Shown: positions 1 through 9,482, counted from the stretch's first letter. The stretch is 34,359 nt of DNA from Natrialbaceae archaeon (GCA_003552885.1 PUPA01000169.1:1-34359); one strand, 5' to 3'. Translations and numbers: made by a program. Notes: generated from the sequence alone by a model not told the origin.

Positions 1-3
1 ATA

Positions 4-717
4 ATGGAGTCGGCGAACGGGGCGAGACTGACCCTCGAGATCTGGCACCCGGACTGCTGGACGCTCGAGGTCACAGAGGAGACGCCCGCGAAGTTGCTTG
101 CACACACGGTCTACAACGCGGCCGACGGGCGCGTGAAAGGCCACTTCACCGCCTACGGCACCACCGACGACGGGACCGAGAAGCTGGTGGAGGCCACTCA
201 CGACTCGGAGCTCACCGAGTCGGTCGTCGTGGCCGAGGGACGCGTGCCGGTGCGTTCGAGCCCCGCCAGCAGCAGCCGCGAGCTGTTCGTCGAGTACGAT
301 TCGACGAACACGATAAGCGATCACCTCGCCTCGGAGGGGTTCATCCAGGAGTCGCCCGTTCGCGTCCAGGACGGCGCGGAGTACTGGCCGGTGTTCGTCG
401 ACGACGACGATCGCGACCGCCTCCACGAGCGGCTGGATCGGGTCCGCGAGCGCGGGAACGCCGAGATCTCCGTCCGACGGATCACCTCCCACGACGGGTT
501 CGGCGTCGCCGATCGGATCGCCCTGCTCACCGTCCGCCAGCGGGAAGTGTTCGAGCTCGCCTGTGACCACGGCTACTACTCCTGGCCGCGGGACGTGACC
601 ACGCGCGAGCTCGCCGAGCTGGCGGACATCTCGAAGACGACGCTGCTGGAACACCTCCGGACGGCCGAATCGAAACTCCTCGATCCGGCCATCGAGGAGG
701 TGACAGACCGGCCGTAG
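4..717 (+). CDS. Bacterio-opsin activator (Bat)-type HTH_10 transcriptional regulator
   Basis: 237 aa ORF. C-terminal LTVRQREVFELACDHGYYSWPRDVTTRELAELADISKTTLLEHLRTAESKL is the HTH_10 signature; N-terminal WHPDCW motif is typical of this haloarchaeal family. Confidence 0.88.
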   Translation: MESANGARLTLEIWHPDCWTLEVTEETPAKLLAHTVYNAADGRVKGHFTAYGTTDDGTEKLVEATHDSELTESVVVAEGRVPVRSSPASSSRELFVEYDSTNTISDHLASEGFIQESPVRVQDGAEYWPVFVDDDDRDRLHERLDRVRERGNAEISVRRITSHDGFGVADRIALLTVRQREVFELACDHGYYSWPRDVTTRELAELADISKTTLLEHLRTAESKLLDPAIEEVTDRP

Positions 718-867
718 GGCGAGCCGACCCGTCCCGCGTCCGAAGCCGACTCCGTCGAGACGAGCGAACGCGGCGAAACCGCCGACAGTCAGATCTCGAT
801 ACGAGCTCCCTGATCGGCGTTTGCAGGACGGACCCCTCGCTTCGCTCGTCGCGTCGTGTTCCGAGAA

Positions 868-918
868 CGTCCTGACGGAGTCCACCGCGAGCGACGCGAG
901 CGGTGGGCACGTCAGGAC
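868..918 (-). repeat. Partial tRNA-Arg duplicate forming an acceptor-stem-like hairpin
   Basis: 868-880 CGTCCTGACGGAG is identical to 968-980 (tRNA 3' end). 869-877 is an inverted repeat of 910-918. Inner stem pairs 882-888 with 900-906. Confidence 0.8.
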
Positions 919-928
919 CGAACGACGA

Positions 929-957
929 GCGGCTGCTTCGCGTCGCGAAGCAGCCGC
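929..957. repeat. Perfect GC-rich palindrome downstream of tRNA-Arg
   Basis: GCGGCTGCTTCGCG-T-CGCGAAGCAGCCGC: 14-bp perfect arms around one central base. Confidence 0.85.
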
Positions 958-967
958 GAGGAGTGAG

Positions 968-1040
968 CGTCCTGACGGAGATTTGAACCCCGGTCCCTGG
1001 CTCCGCAAGCCAAGAGGATAGTCCACTACCCTACCAGGAC
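968..1040 (-). tRNA. tRNA-Arg(GCG)
   Basis: Minus strand GTCCTGGTAGGGTAGTGGACTATCCTCTTGGCTTGCGGAGCCAGGGACCGGGGTTCAAATCTCCGTCAGGACG. Acceptor stem GTCCTGG/TCAGGAC, anticodon arm TTGGC-TT-GCG-GA-GCCAG, T-loop TTCAAAT. CCA not encoded. Confidence 0.95.
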
Positions 1041-1065
1041 TCACCTGTGGATACTGTCGTCGCGG

Positions 1066-1079
1066 TTAAAGCCCTTTCG
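1066..1079 (-). promoter_or_regulatory. Putative BRE/TATA promoter of tRNA-Arg
   Basis: Minus strand CGAAA-GGGC-TTTAA, with the TATA-like box 26-30 bp upstream of the tRNA 5' end. Confidence 0.6.
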
Positions 1080-1239
1080 AAAGGGTGACGGCGTCCCGTC
1101 GGGCGGTTTCCGCGAGCGTTCCGACGGTTTATATCCGAACGGGCACGATCGGCCGGCATGATCGGAGAAGCCGACGCGGACGGCGTCCGCCGGCGAATGG
1201 ACAACGTTTATGCGCGGGCTGGCCATGCTGGAAGGTGAT

Positions 1240-2640
1240 ATGAGCGACATCGAGGGGGTCTACGAGGACCTCGACGCGGACGTCTCCCTCGAGGAGTTTC
1301 GGGAGGCCGTCGAGGCGAAAGTCGAGCAGATGGGGGGGCTCGCGGACGCCGAGACGGCGGCGATGCTCGTCGCCCACGAGGTCGGCGAGAGCGAGGTCTC
1401 CGGCGTCGCCGACATCGAGCCGGGGATGGAGGAGGCGAAGTTCCTCGCGAAGGTGGTCGACGTCGGCGAGCTCCGGACGTTCGAGCGCGACGGCGAGGAC
1501 GAGGACGGTCGTGTGGCCAACGTCGAGGTCGCCGACGAGACGGGCGCGATCCGGGCGGCGTTCTGGGACGAACACGCCGTCGCCGCGGTCGAGGAACTCG
1601 AGGAGGGCCAGGTGTTACGGATCAAAGGCCGGCCGAAAGACGGCTTCAGCGGCGTCGAGGTCAGCGTCGACGAGGTCGAGATCGACGAGGACGCCGAGAT
1701 CGACGTCCAGGTGGGGGACACCCATCGGATCGAGGAGCTCACCCTCGGGCTGTCGAACGTCAACCTCGTCGGGAAGCTCCTCGAGACCGGCTCGGTTCGC
1801 ACCTTCGACCGGGACGACGGCTCGGAGGGGAGGGTCTCGAATCTCACCCTCGGCGACCCGACCGGCCGGCTCCGGGTCACCCTCTGGGACGAGCAGGCCG
1901 ACAGGGCGGCGGAGCTCGAACCCGGAACGGCAGTCGAGGTCGTCGACGGCTACGTCCGCGAGCGCGACGGCGACATCGAACTCCACGTCGGGGAGCGCGG
2001 TGCCGTCGAGGAGACCGACGGGGACGTCGAGTACGTGCCACGGAGCGAGCCGATCGAGTCCCTCGAGATCGGCCAGACGGTCGACGTCGCCGGCGTCGTG
2101 CGCTCGGCCGATCCGAAACGTACCTTCGACCGGGACGACGGCTCTGAGGGACAGGTCCGGAACGTCCGCCTGCAAGACGCCACGGGCGACATCCGTGTGG
2201 CCCTGTGGGGGGAGAAAGCCGACGTCGATCTGGGCCCCGGCGACGAGGTGGCCTTCGGCGACGTCGAGATCCAGGAGGGCTGGCGGGACGACCTGGAGGC
2301 GTCGGCGGGCTGGCGCTCGACGGTGACGGTGCTCGACGGCGAGGTCGAGGACGACCCGGAGGGGGAAGCCGGCCTCGCGGCGTTCGCCGGCGGGACGGAC
2401 GCGGGTGGGACAGACGGGGCCGAAAACGGCGGAGCGGACGACGGCGTGGACGACGGGCACGCGGAGGGCGAACGCATCGAGTTCACCGGCGTGGTCGTCC
2501 AGGCCGGCGATCCGGTCGTACTCGACGACGGGAAGGAGACGATGAGCGTCGAGACGGGCGCCGACGTCGGACTGGGCGAGGAGGTCACCGCCCGCGGGGT
2601 CGTCCGTGACGGCCGGCTCGACGCCGACGACGTCCTGTAA
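1240..2640 (+). CDS. rpa: Replication protein A / single-stranded DNA-binding protein with multiple OB folds
   Basis: Three repeated OB-fold units (RTF(E/D)RD..(S)EG.V.N....D.TG.(I/L)R...W). Start chosen at ATG 1240 (MSDIEG), about 30 bp after TTTATG at 1207-1212. Adjacent to the histone gene, as is typical in haloarchaea. Confidence 0.92.
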   Translation: MSDIEGVYEDLDADVSLEEFREAVEAKVEQMGGLADAETAAMLVAHEVGESEVSGVADIEPGMEEAKFLAKVVDVGELRTFERDGEDEDGRVANVEVADETGAIRAAFWDEHAVAAVEELEEGQVLRIKGRPKDGFSGVEVSVDEVEIDEDAEIDVQVGDTHRIEELTLGLSNVNLVGKLLETGSVRTFDRDDGSEGRVSNLTLGDPTGRLRVTLWDEQADRAAELEPGTAVEVVDGYVRERDGDIELHVGERGAVEETDGDVEYVPRSEPIESLEIGQTVDVAGVVRSADPKRTFDRDDGSEGQVRNVRLQDATGDIRVALWGEKADVDLGPGDEVAFGDVEIQEGWRDDLEASAGWRSTVTVLDGEVEDDPEGEAGLAAFAGGTDAGGTDGAENGGADDGVDDGHAEGERIEFTGVVVQAGDPVVLDDGKETMSVETGADVGLGEEVTARGVVRDGRLDADDVL

Positions 2641-2679
2641 TCTGAGCCCCTTCGGAACCCCTTAAACGAGTCGATAACG

Positions 2680-2685
2680 TTTAAG
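2680..2685 (+). promoter_or_regulatory. Putative TATA box of the histone-deacetylase operon
   Basis: TTTAAG 25-30 bp upstream of ATG 2710, consistent with leaderless haloarchaeal geometry. Confidence 0.55.
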
Positions 2686-2709
2686 GGCGTCTACTGCGGG
2701 AATTAGGGT

Positions 2710-3141
2710 ATGAACGTCGAGCTTCCGTTCGCCCCGGTGGATTCGATCATCCGTCGGAACGCGGGGGACCTCCGGGTGAGCGCCGATGCCGCCGAGGAGC
2801 TGGCCGAGCGGATCCAAGAGTACGGCGCCGCTCTGGCGGTCGACGCCGCCGGACGGGCCTCCGAGGACGGGCGGAAGACGATCATGGCCGAGGACTTCGG
2901 CGTCGAGCGGGTCGTCGACCGTGAGACACTCGAGTTGCCGGTCGCGCCGGTCGACCGGATCGCCAGACTCGAGATCGACGGTCGGTACCGGGTCTCGATG
3001 GACGCCCGGGTGGCCCTCGCGGACGTTCTCGAGGGGTACGCCGACGACGTCGCCGAGGCGGCGGCGACGCTGGCTCGCCACGCCGACCGGCGAACGGTCA
3101 AAGCCGAGGACGTAGAGACGTACTTCTCGCTTCTCCATTGA
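2710..3141 (+). CDS. hstA: Archaeal histone with tandem (doublet) histone fold
   Basis: Two internal repeats: ELPFAPVDSIIR...GRKTIMAED and ELPVAPVDRIAR...DRRTVKAED. Confidence 0.93.
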   Translation: MNVELPFAPVDSIIRRNAGDLRVSADAAEELAERIQEYGAALAVDAAGRASEDGRKTIMAEDFGVERVVDRETLELPVAPVDRIARLEIDGRYRVSMDARVALADVLEGYADDVAEAAATLARHADRRTVKAEDVETYFSLLH

Positions 3142-3144
3142 TCG

Positions 3145-4142
<998 letters not shown>

Positions 4143-4146
<4 letters not shown>

Positions 4147-5543
4147 GGGGCCGGATCGAAGTACGCCGCGAGCTGCTCGCCGAACTCCGGGAGGAGCTCG
4201 AGGAGCTCCTCGCCGACGAGCACCTCGTACCCCGCCGCGAGCTGCTCGCCGACGTGGCTGCCCAGGCCGACGTCGAAGAGCGCGTCGCTCTCGAGGAACG
4301 TCCGGGCGTCGGTGAACTCGCGTTCCCGTTCGGCGACGTAGCGCTCGCCGTCGACGAACGGCCCGTAGACGTCCGGGTCGTCGGCGTAGGCGGCGAAAAA
4401 GCCCTCGGCGTGGGTCCGGACGTGGACCGGCGGCCCCTGGTGGCGCTCGACCGCGGGCCGGCTGGCGACCGAGAGCTCGACGAACAGGACGGCCGTCTCC
4501 GCGGCGAACGTCTCCGCCCGGAGGTACTCGAAGCCGAGGTCGTCGAGTCCACGGACGACCCCCTCGAGTGACTTCCGGAGCTGTGGGTACAGCTGGTCGT
4601 CGACCAACTCGGGGGCGGGAAACCGGATCGCGACGGGGGTCGTTCCCCGCCGGTCGAGGTGTTCTCGCAGCGTCGCCGCCGAGAGGGGGTCGTACTCGGC
4701 GGGTTCGAAGGGGCCGACGCTCGGTTCGGCGAGCAGCTCGCGCGCGTAGTGTTGGAATCTGGCGACGTTCTCCGGCGCACAGACGGCGGCGACGTTGCGT
4801 TCGGGATCGGTGGGATCGATCACGACGAGCGGATCCGAGAACGTCCCCCGGCCGTGGCCCTCCGGATCGAGCCGGATCGGCGGCTGCCAGTCGGTCGCAG
4901 CCGAGAGCAACGCCCGGAAGCCGCCGTACTCACAGACGAGCAACTCGGTGAGGTAGCCGCTGAAACCCCGGGTCCGCAGGTCCGAGCCGTAGACGCCGAT
5001 CCCCTTCATGAAGCCTTTGGTGAGCCGGACCGCCGCGGCGAGCTCGTCGTCGAGCCGTTCGAGGAGATAGCGGTTGTGAAAGGGCGTCCGATCGACCGCC
5101 GACCGGATCTCGGTCGCCGACTCGAGTCGAAAGCAGGGGACGACGTCGACGTCGAACCCCCGGAACTCGCCTTTGACGTACGGGTGTTCGGCGTACTCCT
5201 CGTGGCCGTCGGGCAGCGTCTCGTGGCCGACGGCGAGCCCGTACCGTTCCAGCTGCCCGCGGTCGAGGTCCGGCGGGAACCGGACGAAGACGTCGATGTC
5301 GCGGTCGCCGCTGATCCAGGTCCCCCGCGCGGTCGAGCCGACCCTGAGGACGTCGGCTCGGGGACAGCGCTCGGTCGCGGCCGCCTCGGCGCGAGCGAGC
5401 AGCGTCTCGGCGACCTCGCGCATGGCCGCCCGCTCGTCCTCGTCGGGATCGACCCGTTCGCGGACGCGTCCGATCACCGCCTCGAACGCGTCGGCCGTCC
5501 CGGTGGCCACACGGTCGGTTTGAGGCGCGCCGTCGTCGGTCAT
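4143..5543 (-). CDS. cca: Archaeal (class I) CCA-adding tRNA nucleotidyltransferase
   Basis: GSTARGTWISGDRDIDVFV nucleotidyltransferase motif, plus YAEHPYV, SAVDRTPFH, GFSGYLTELL and DPTDPERNVAA. Confidence 0.95.
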
Positions 5544-5637
5544 CGACCGTGGCTACTCGGCCCGGGAGTGAAAGGGTATCGAACCCGGGCGGGCAAAACG
5601 AAACTCCTATCAAACGCTGCCGTCAACTCCGAGACGG

Positions 5638-5710
5638 GCCGAAGTAGCTCAGATGGTAGAGCACCTCGCTGTTAACGAGGTTGTCCCAGGTTCGAGTCCT
5701 GGCTTCGGCG
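5638..5710 (+). tRNA. tRNA-Asn(GTT)
   Basis: GCCGAAGTAGCTCAGATGGTAGAGCACCTCGCTGTTAACGAGGTTGTCCCAGGTTCGAGTCCTGGCTTCGGCG. Acceptor GCCGAAG/CTTCGGC, anticodon arm CCTCG-CT-GTT-AA-CGAGG, T-loop TTCGAGT. Confidence 0.95.
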
Positions 5711-5843
5711 TCCGTCCTCACGGGTTATCGATCGGAGAGCTACGGCGCCGTCAAAAGCCACAGTGTCGACCGAAATCACGGGAGGGGTGTGGCTCCCGTC
5801 GCGTCCGCGTCGTCGGTCCACGCCGGCTCCCGTGACTGACGGC

Positions 5844-6422
5844 TCAGTCGTCCTCCTCGACGACCTCGGGGTCGCTCAGGGCGCTGTCGAGGCTGTCGAG
5901 GCCGTTTATCCACTCGGTGACCAGCCCGTACTCGAGCTCCTCGGCGATCTGCATGTCCAGGTCGGCGCCGTCGATGACCAGCGTGCCGGCCTGGGCGGCG
6001 TAGCCGAGCGCCGCGTCGAGTTCCTCTTCGGCCTCGGCGTCGGCGGCGGCCCCGAGGTAGTCGGTGACGGTCCCCTCCTCGGGGACGCCGCCGGCGACGT
6101 ACTCCTCGGCGGCGAAGAAGACACAGACCAGACTCGTCTGGACGCCGTCGATCAGCAGCCGCTTTTCCTCGTCGTCGACGTCGACCTCCTCGAGGACGAT
6201 CTCGCGGATCTCGGCGATCTCGGCGAGGGTCCCCTCCTGGTCGAGCTCCCCGTCGGCGTACGCTCTGAGGACTTTCGCGACCGCGATCGCGGTGTCGTCC
6301 TGGAGGTTCAACAGCAGCCGGGCCGAGGACTCGTCTTCCGGATCGATCTCCTCGGCCTCGATACGGTCGATCCAGTTCTGCCAGCGTTCCTCAGAGTAGA
6401 ACTCCGTCGGGGGGTTGCTCAT
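5844..6422 (-). CDS. DUF2150 family conserved archaeal protein
   Basis: N-terminus EFYSEERWQNW, RLLLNLQDD and C-terminal GLVTEW(I)NGLDSL are characteristic of this euryarchaeal family (recognised from memory). Confidence 0.75.
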   Translation of the reverse strand: MSNPPTEFYSEERWQNWIDRIEAEEIDPEDESSARLLLNLQDDTAIAVAKVLRAYADGELDQEGTLAEIAEIREIVLEEVDVDDEEKRLLIDGVQTSLVCVFFAAEEYVAGGVPEEGTVTDYLGAAADAEAEEELDAALGYAAQAGTLVIDGADLDMQIAEELEYGLVTEWINGLDSLDSALSDPEVVEEDD

Positions 6423-6567
6423 ACAGGCACCTACACCGGCCGAGTGAAATGCCTTTCTCTACCCCGGCCGGGTCGACCACGACGCGTCAGCCCCGGTCAC
6501 CTCTACGGACGCGATCCGTCCGTCGAGCCGCAAACGGCACGGCAGTCCGGCCTCCCCTCCGATCGGC

Positions 6568-6897
6568 TCAGTCGCCTCCCGAGCGCTCGAGGATCGCGTT
6601 CCGGACCCGTTCGGCGTCCCCGCGTCTCCCCCGTGGGAAGTGGAGGGTGTTCTCGTCGACGGGGTGAGAGAGGAAGCCGGCGTCGTCGGCCTCGACGCCC
6701 GTCTGCTCGATCTGGAGGTGGCCCGTGACGATGCCGCCGCTGTACCTGACGCCACGGACCTCGGAGAGGGGGATCCGCTTGTCGTCGAACATCGACCGCG
6801 AGGAGCGATCGATCTCGACGTACTCCCCGTGTACCGACAGCGTGCCGCCTTTGGCCTCGAGAGTCGCGACCGGCTCGGCGGCGGCCTGCTCGTCCAT
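6568..6897 (-). CDS. Small hypothetical protein, probable bacterial-PH-like fold (DUF4429-like)
   Basis: 109 aa acidic ORF with beta-rich pattern KRIPLSEVRGVRY.GG..TGHLQI...DENTLHF. Confidence 0.55.
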   Translation of the reverse strand: MDEQAAAEPVATLEAKGGTLSVHGEYVEIDRSSRSMFDDKRIPLSEVRGVRYSGGIVTGHLQIEQTGVEADDAGFLSHPVDENTLHFPRGRRGDAERVRNAILERSGGD

Positions 6898-6948
6898 GGC
6901 AGACGGTACCCCTCCTGGCGAAGAAAAGCTATCGACGGACGCCGTCGG

Positions 6949-8451
6949 CTACGACTCCCGGAGCCGACCGCCGCCGAGTCCCTCCCACTCGACGTGGTAA
7001 CCCAGCCGCGAGAGGACGGCACTCGTCTCGGCTACCCCGACCTCCTCGAGGATCGCCTCGGCCTCCGCGAGGCTCATGCCGGCCTCGAGTGTCGCGCCGA
7101 GGGTGTCGAGCAGCGCCGGACGGATCAGCGTCCGGCCGACGCGCTCGTGGTCCGGAAAGCGGACGTCCGCGAGGGCGTCCTCGCTGACGCCGTGGCGGTC
7201 GGCGAGCGCCACGAGGGCCACGGCGTCGGCCGCCGGCGTCAGCTCTTCGGGGAGGGTTTCGGCGTCGGCGGCGACCAGCTCCCGTTCGTACTCCCGGAGC
7301 ACCGCGGCGACGTCTTTGAGCCGGACGGTCCCGCTGTAGGGGATCGCGCGGGCGTCCCGGGCCTCGATCTCCTCGCCGACGCCCAGGGAGTCGTCGACGG
7401 CCACGAGCATGTCGACGTCCTCGAGTCCCTCGAGCTGGGCGAGTTTCTTCTCGACGTACTCGGGGGTCCAAAACCCCATGATCTCGAAGTAGATCCGGAA
7501 CGGAGCGTGCTCGTAGTCGAAGGCGAAATCGGGGATCATCACCCGCGTCCCCGTCGACAGCGCCTCGGGCTCGCGGACGAGCTCCCAGGGGAGGGCGAGG
7601 CTCTCGAACCGGCCGGCGAACTCCGCCTCGACGGCGCTGTCGAAGGTCACCTCGGCGACGGGGTCGGCGTCCGGCACCCGGAGCGGATCGGCGTCGCTCA
7701 GCGTCAGCGTCCGTTCGGTTCCCCGGTCGTCGACCGTCGCCTCTAGGTGCCACTCCGTGGCGGCCGCGACCGTCCGGAGCAGCCGCGCGAACCGGGTGCC
7801 GTACCGTCGACTCGCACGGAACAGCCGGGTCGGCCCGGTGACCACTACCTCGCGTCCCTCCGGCGTCTTCCGGATCTCGTACATCAGGCGGAGCCGTTTG
7901 ACCGCCGAGATCAGCTCCCGGGGTTCCGTCGATCGGACGCGGACCTCCGTGGCGTCGAACAGCGCCGTCTGGGCCAGCGAGAGGTTGTACTGGGCGACCA
8001 GCCCGTCGGGATCCCACGGCGGATCGACCGCAGCCAGCAGCTGCCGGCTGTCGCGGTCGGCGTACAGCGACCGGGCGAGCGCGTCGGGAGAGACCCCGAG
8101 GGCGTCCCCGGCGCGGGCGAGAGCCCGCTCCCGGTCCGCCTCGGTGACGACGCCGACGGCTTCTGCGGCCTCGAAGGCGGCCCGTCGGGCCCGGCGGGGC
8201 TCGACCGCCGCGTGGGTCTCGAACGTCGACTCCCGGTCGAGCAGCGCCGTGAACCCCCGGACGAGTTTGTAGTCCCCGGCCTCCCGTTCGAGGTCCTCTA
8301 AAGCGGAATCGAGGCGCTCGAGGGGTTCGCCGACGTGGCCCTGGAAGGTTCCGATCACGCGGGCGGCCAGCGGGCGGTGCTCCCTGCCGGCGAACCGGGG
8401 CCGGTAGCCGCCGCCGGCGCGGGAGATCCGAAGCAGGTCCTTCCGCAGCAT
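6949..8451 (-). CDS. DUF790 family (Bax1-like) predicted nuclease
   Basis: True start MLRKDLLR at 8451, preceded by CTTTTA about 25 bp upstream. Motifs YNLSLAQTALF, GP..LF....RYG..FARLL, FDSAVE..F and MIPDFAF...FEIMGFWTPEYVEKKL. Confidence 0.85.
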   Translation of the reverse strand: MLRKDLLRISRAGGGYRPRFAGREHRPLAARVIGTFQGHVGEPLERLDSALEDLEREAGDYKLVRGFTALLDRESTFETHAAVEPRRARRAAFEAAEAVGVVTEADRERALARAGDALGVSPDALARSLYADRDSRQLLAAVDPPWDPDGLVAQYNLSLAQTALFDATEVRVRSTEPRELISAVKRLRLMYEIRKTPEGREVVVTGPTRLFRASRRYGTRFARLLRTVAAATEWHLEATVDDRGTERTLTLSDADPLRVPDADPVAEVTFDSAVEAEFAGRFESLALPWELVREPEALSTGTRVMIPDFAFDYEHAPFRIYFEIMGFWTPEYVEKKLAQLEGLEDVDMLVAVDDSLGVGEEIEARDARAIPYSGTVRLKDVAAVLREYERELVAADAETLPEELTPAADAVALVALADRHGVSEDALADVRFPDHERVGRTLIRPALLDTLGATLEAGMSLAEAEAILEEVGVAETSAVLSRLGYHVEWEGLGGGRLRES

Positions 8452-8508
8452 CCACCCGTTCTGGGAGCGACGGCGGTAAAAGTCGTCCGGACGGGAGGCA
8501 ACATCGTC

Positions 8509-8586
8509 CACGAGCCGCCCACGCGGTGGCGCCCACGAGCGGTCCACGCGACGGCGCTCACGAGTCGTCCACGCGGTGGCGCTCAC
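8509..8586. repeat. 3 x 25-bp imperfect tandem repeat between divergent promoters
   Basis: CACGAGCCGCCCACGCGGTGGCGCC / CACGAGCGGTCCACGCGACGGCGCT / CACGAGTCGTCCACGCGGTGGCGCT, then CAC. Confidence 0.85.
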
Positions 8587-8622
8587 AAAGTATATACCGC
8601 GCCCGTGAGGACTCCACGAGAC

Positions 8623-9363
8623 ATGCAAGCCGTCGTGTTGGCCGCGGGCGAGGGAACCCGCCTCCGGCCGCTCACCGAGGAGAAGCCGAAGGCGCTCGTC
8701 GAGGTCGACGGAAAACCCCTCGTCGAGGACGTCTTCGACAACCTCCTGTCGATCGGCGTCACCGAACTGATAGTCGTCGTCGGCTACATGAAAGAGCGGA
8801 TCATCGAACGGTACGGCGACAGCTACGACGGCGTCCCGATCACCTACGCCCACCAGCGCGAGCAGCTGGGGCTGGCCCACGCGATCCTCCAGGCCGAACC
8901 CCACGTCGACGAGGAGTTCGTGCTCATGCTCGGGGACAACGTGTTCCGGGCGAACCTCGGGGACGTGATCAACCGCCAGAACGAACAGCGCGCCGACGCC
9001 GCCTTCCTCGTCGAGGAGGTCCCCTGGGAGGAGGCCTCCCGGTACGGCGTCCTCGACACCAACGAGTACGGCGAGGTGATCGAGGTGATGGAGAAACCCG
9101 ACGATCCACCGTCGAACCTCGTGATGACCGGCTTCTACACGTTCACGCCCGCGATCTTCCACGCCTGTCACCTCGTCCAGCCCTCCGACCGCGGGGAGTA
9201 CGAGCTCCCCGACGCGATCGACCTGCTGATCCAGTCCGGACGAACGATCGACGCGATCCGGATGGACGGCTGGCGGATCGACGTCGGCTACCCCGAGGAC
9301 CGCGAGCGCGCCGAGGAGCGGCTGGCGCGGGGCGAAGACGGGACGGTCGTAGCCGGCCGGTAG
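8623..9363 (+). CDS. aglF: UTP--glucose-1-phosphate uridylyltransferase AglF
   Basis: MQAVVLAAGEGTRLRPLTEEKPK, QREQLGLAHA, MLGDN, EKPDDPPSNL, RGEYEL and GWRIDVGYPED. AAGTATATA at 8588-8596 lies about 27 bp upstream. Confidence 0.88.
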   Translation: MQAVVLAAGEGTRLRPLTEEKPKALVEVDGKPLVEDVFDNLLSIGVTELIVVVGYMKERIIERYGDSYDGVPITYAHQREQLGLAHAILQAEPHVDEEFVLMLGDNVFRANLGDVINRQNEQRADAAFLVEEVPWEEASRYGVLDTNEYGEVIEVMEKPDDPPSNLVMTGFYTFTPAIFHACHLVQPSDRGEYELPDAIDLLIQSGRTIDAIRMDGWRIDVGYPEDRERAEERLARGEDGTVVAGR

Positions 9364-9367
9364 CTCG

Positions 9368-9482
9368 CCCCCGTCCGACTTCGATTACCACTACTCGACT
9401 CCGGACGACCACCCCCGTCCGACTTCGATTACCACTACTCGACTCCGGACGACCACCCCCGTCCGACCCCGGACGACCACCC
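9368..9482. repeat. 44-bp perfect tandem duplication plus internally deleted third copy
   Basis: CCCCCGTCCGACTTCGATTACCACTACTCGACTCCGGACGACCA at 9368-9411 and 9412-9455. From 9456: CCCCCGTCCGAC+CCCGGACGACCA. Confidence 0.9.

Noticed and set aside
868..918. Second functional tRNA or split-tRNA half
   Set aside because: It has no D arm, anticodon arm or TTC loop, and the neighbouring tRNA-Arg is complete. Kept only as a mimic or repeat.
5776..5835. Inverted repeat TCACGGGAG/CTCCCGTGA downstream of tRNA-Asn
   Set aside because: Only 9-bp arms about 42 bp apart, with no copy of tRNA-Asn ends; weak in GC-rich DNA.
8452..9171. N-terminal extension making DUF790 a 740-aa protein
   Set aside because: The extension is antisense to aglF; the family start MLRKDLL and a TATA-like element place the start at 8451.
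9368..9482. Possible CRISPR array
   Set aside because: Units are contiguous identical copies with no unique spacers, and no cas genes are in the window.
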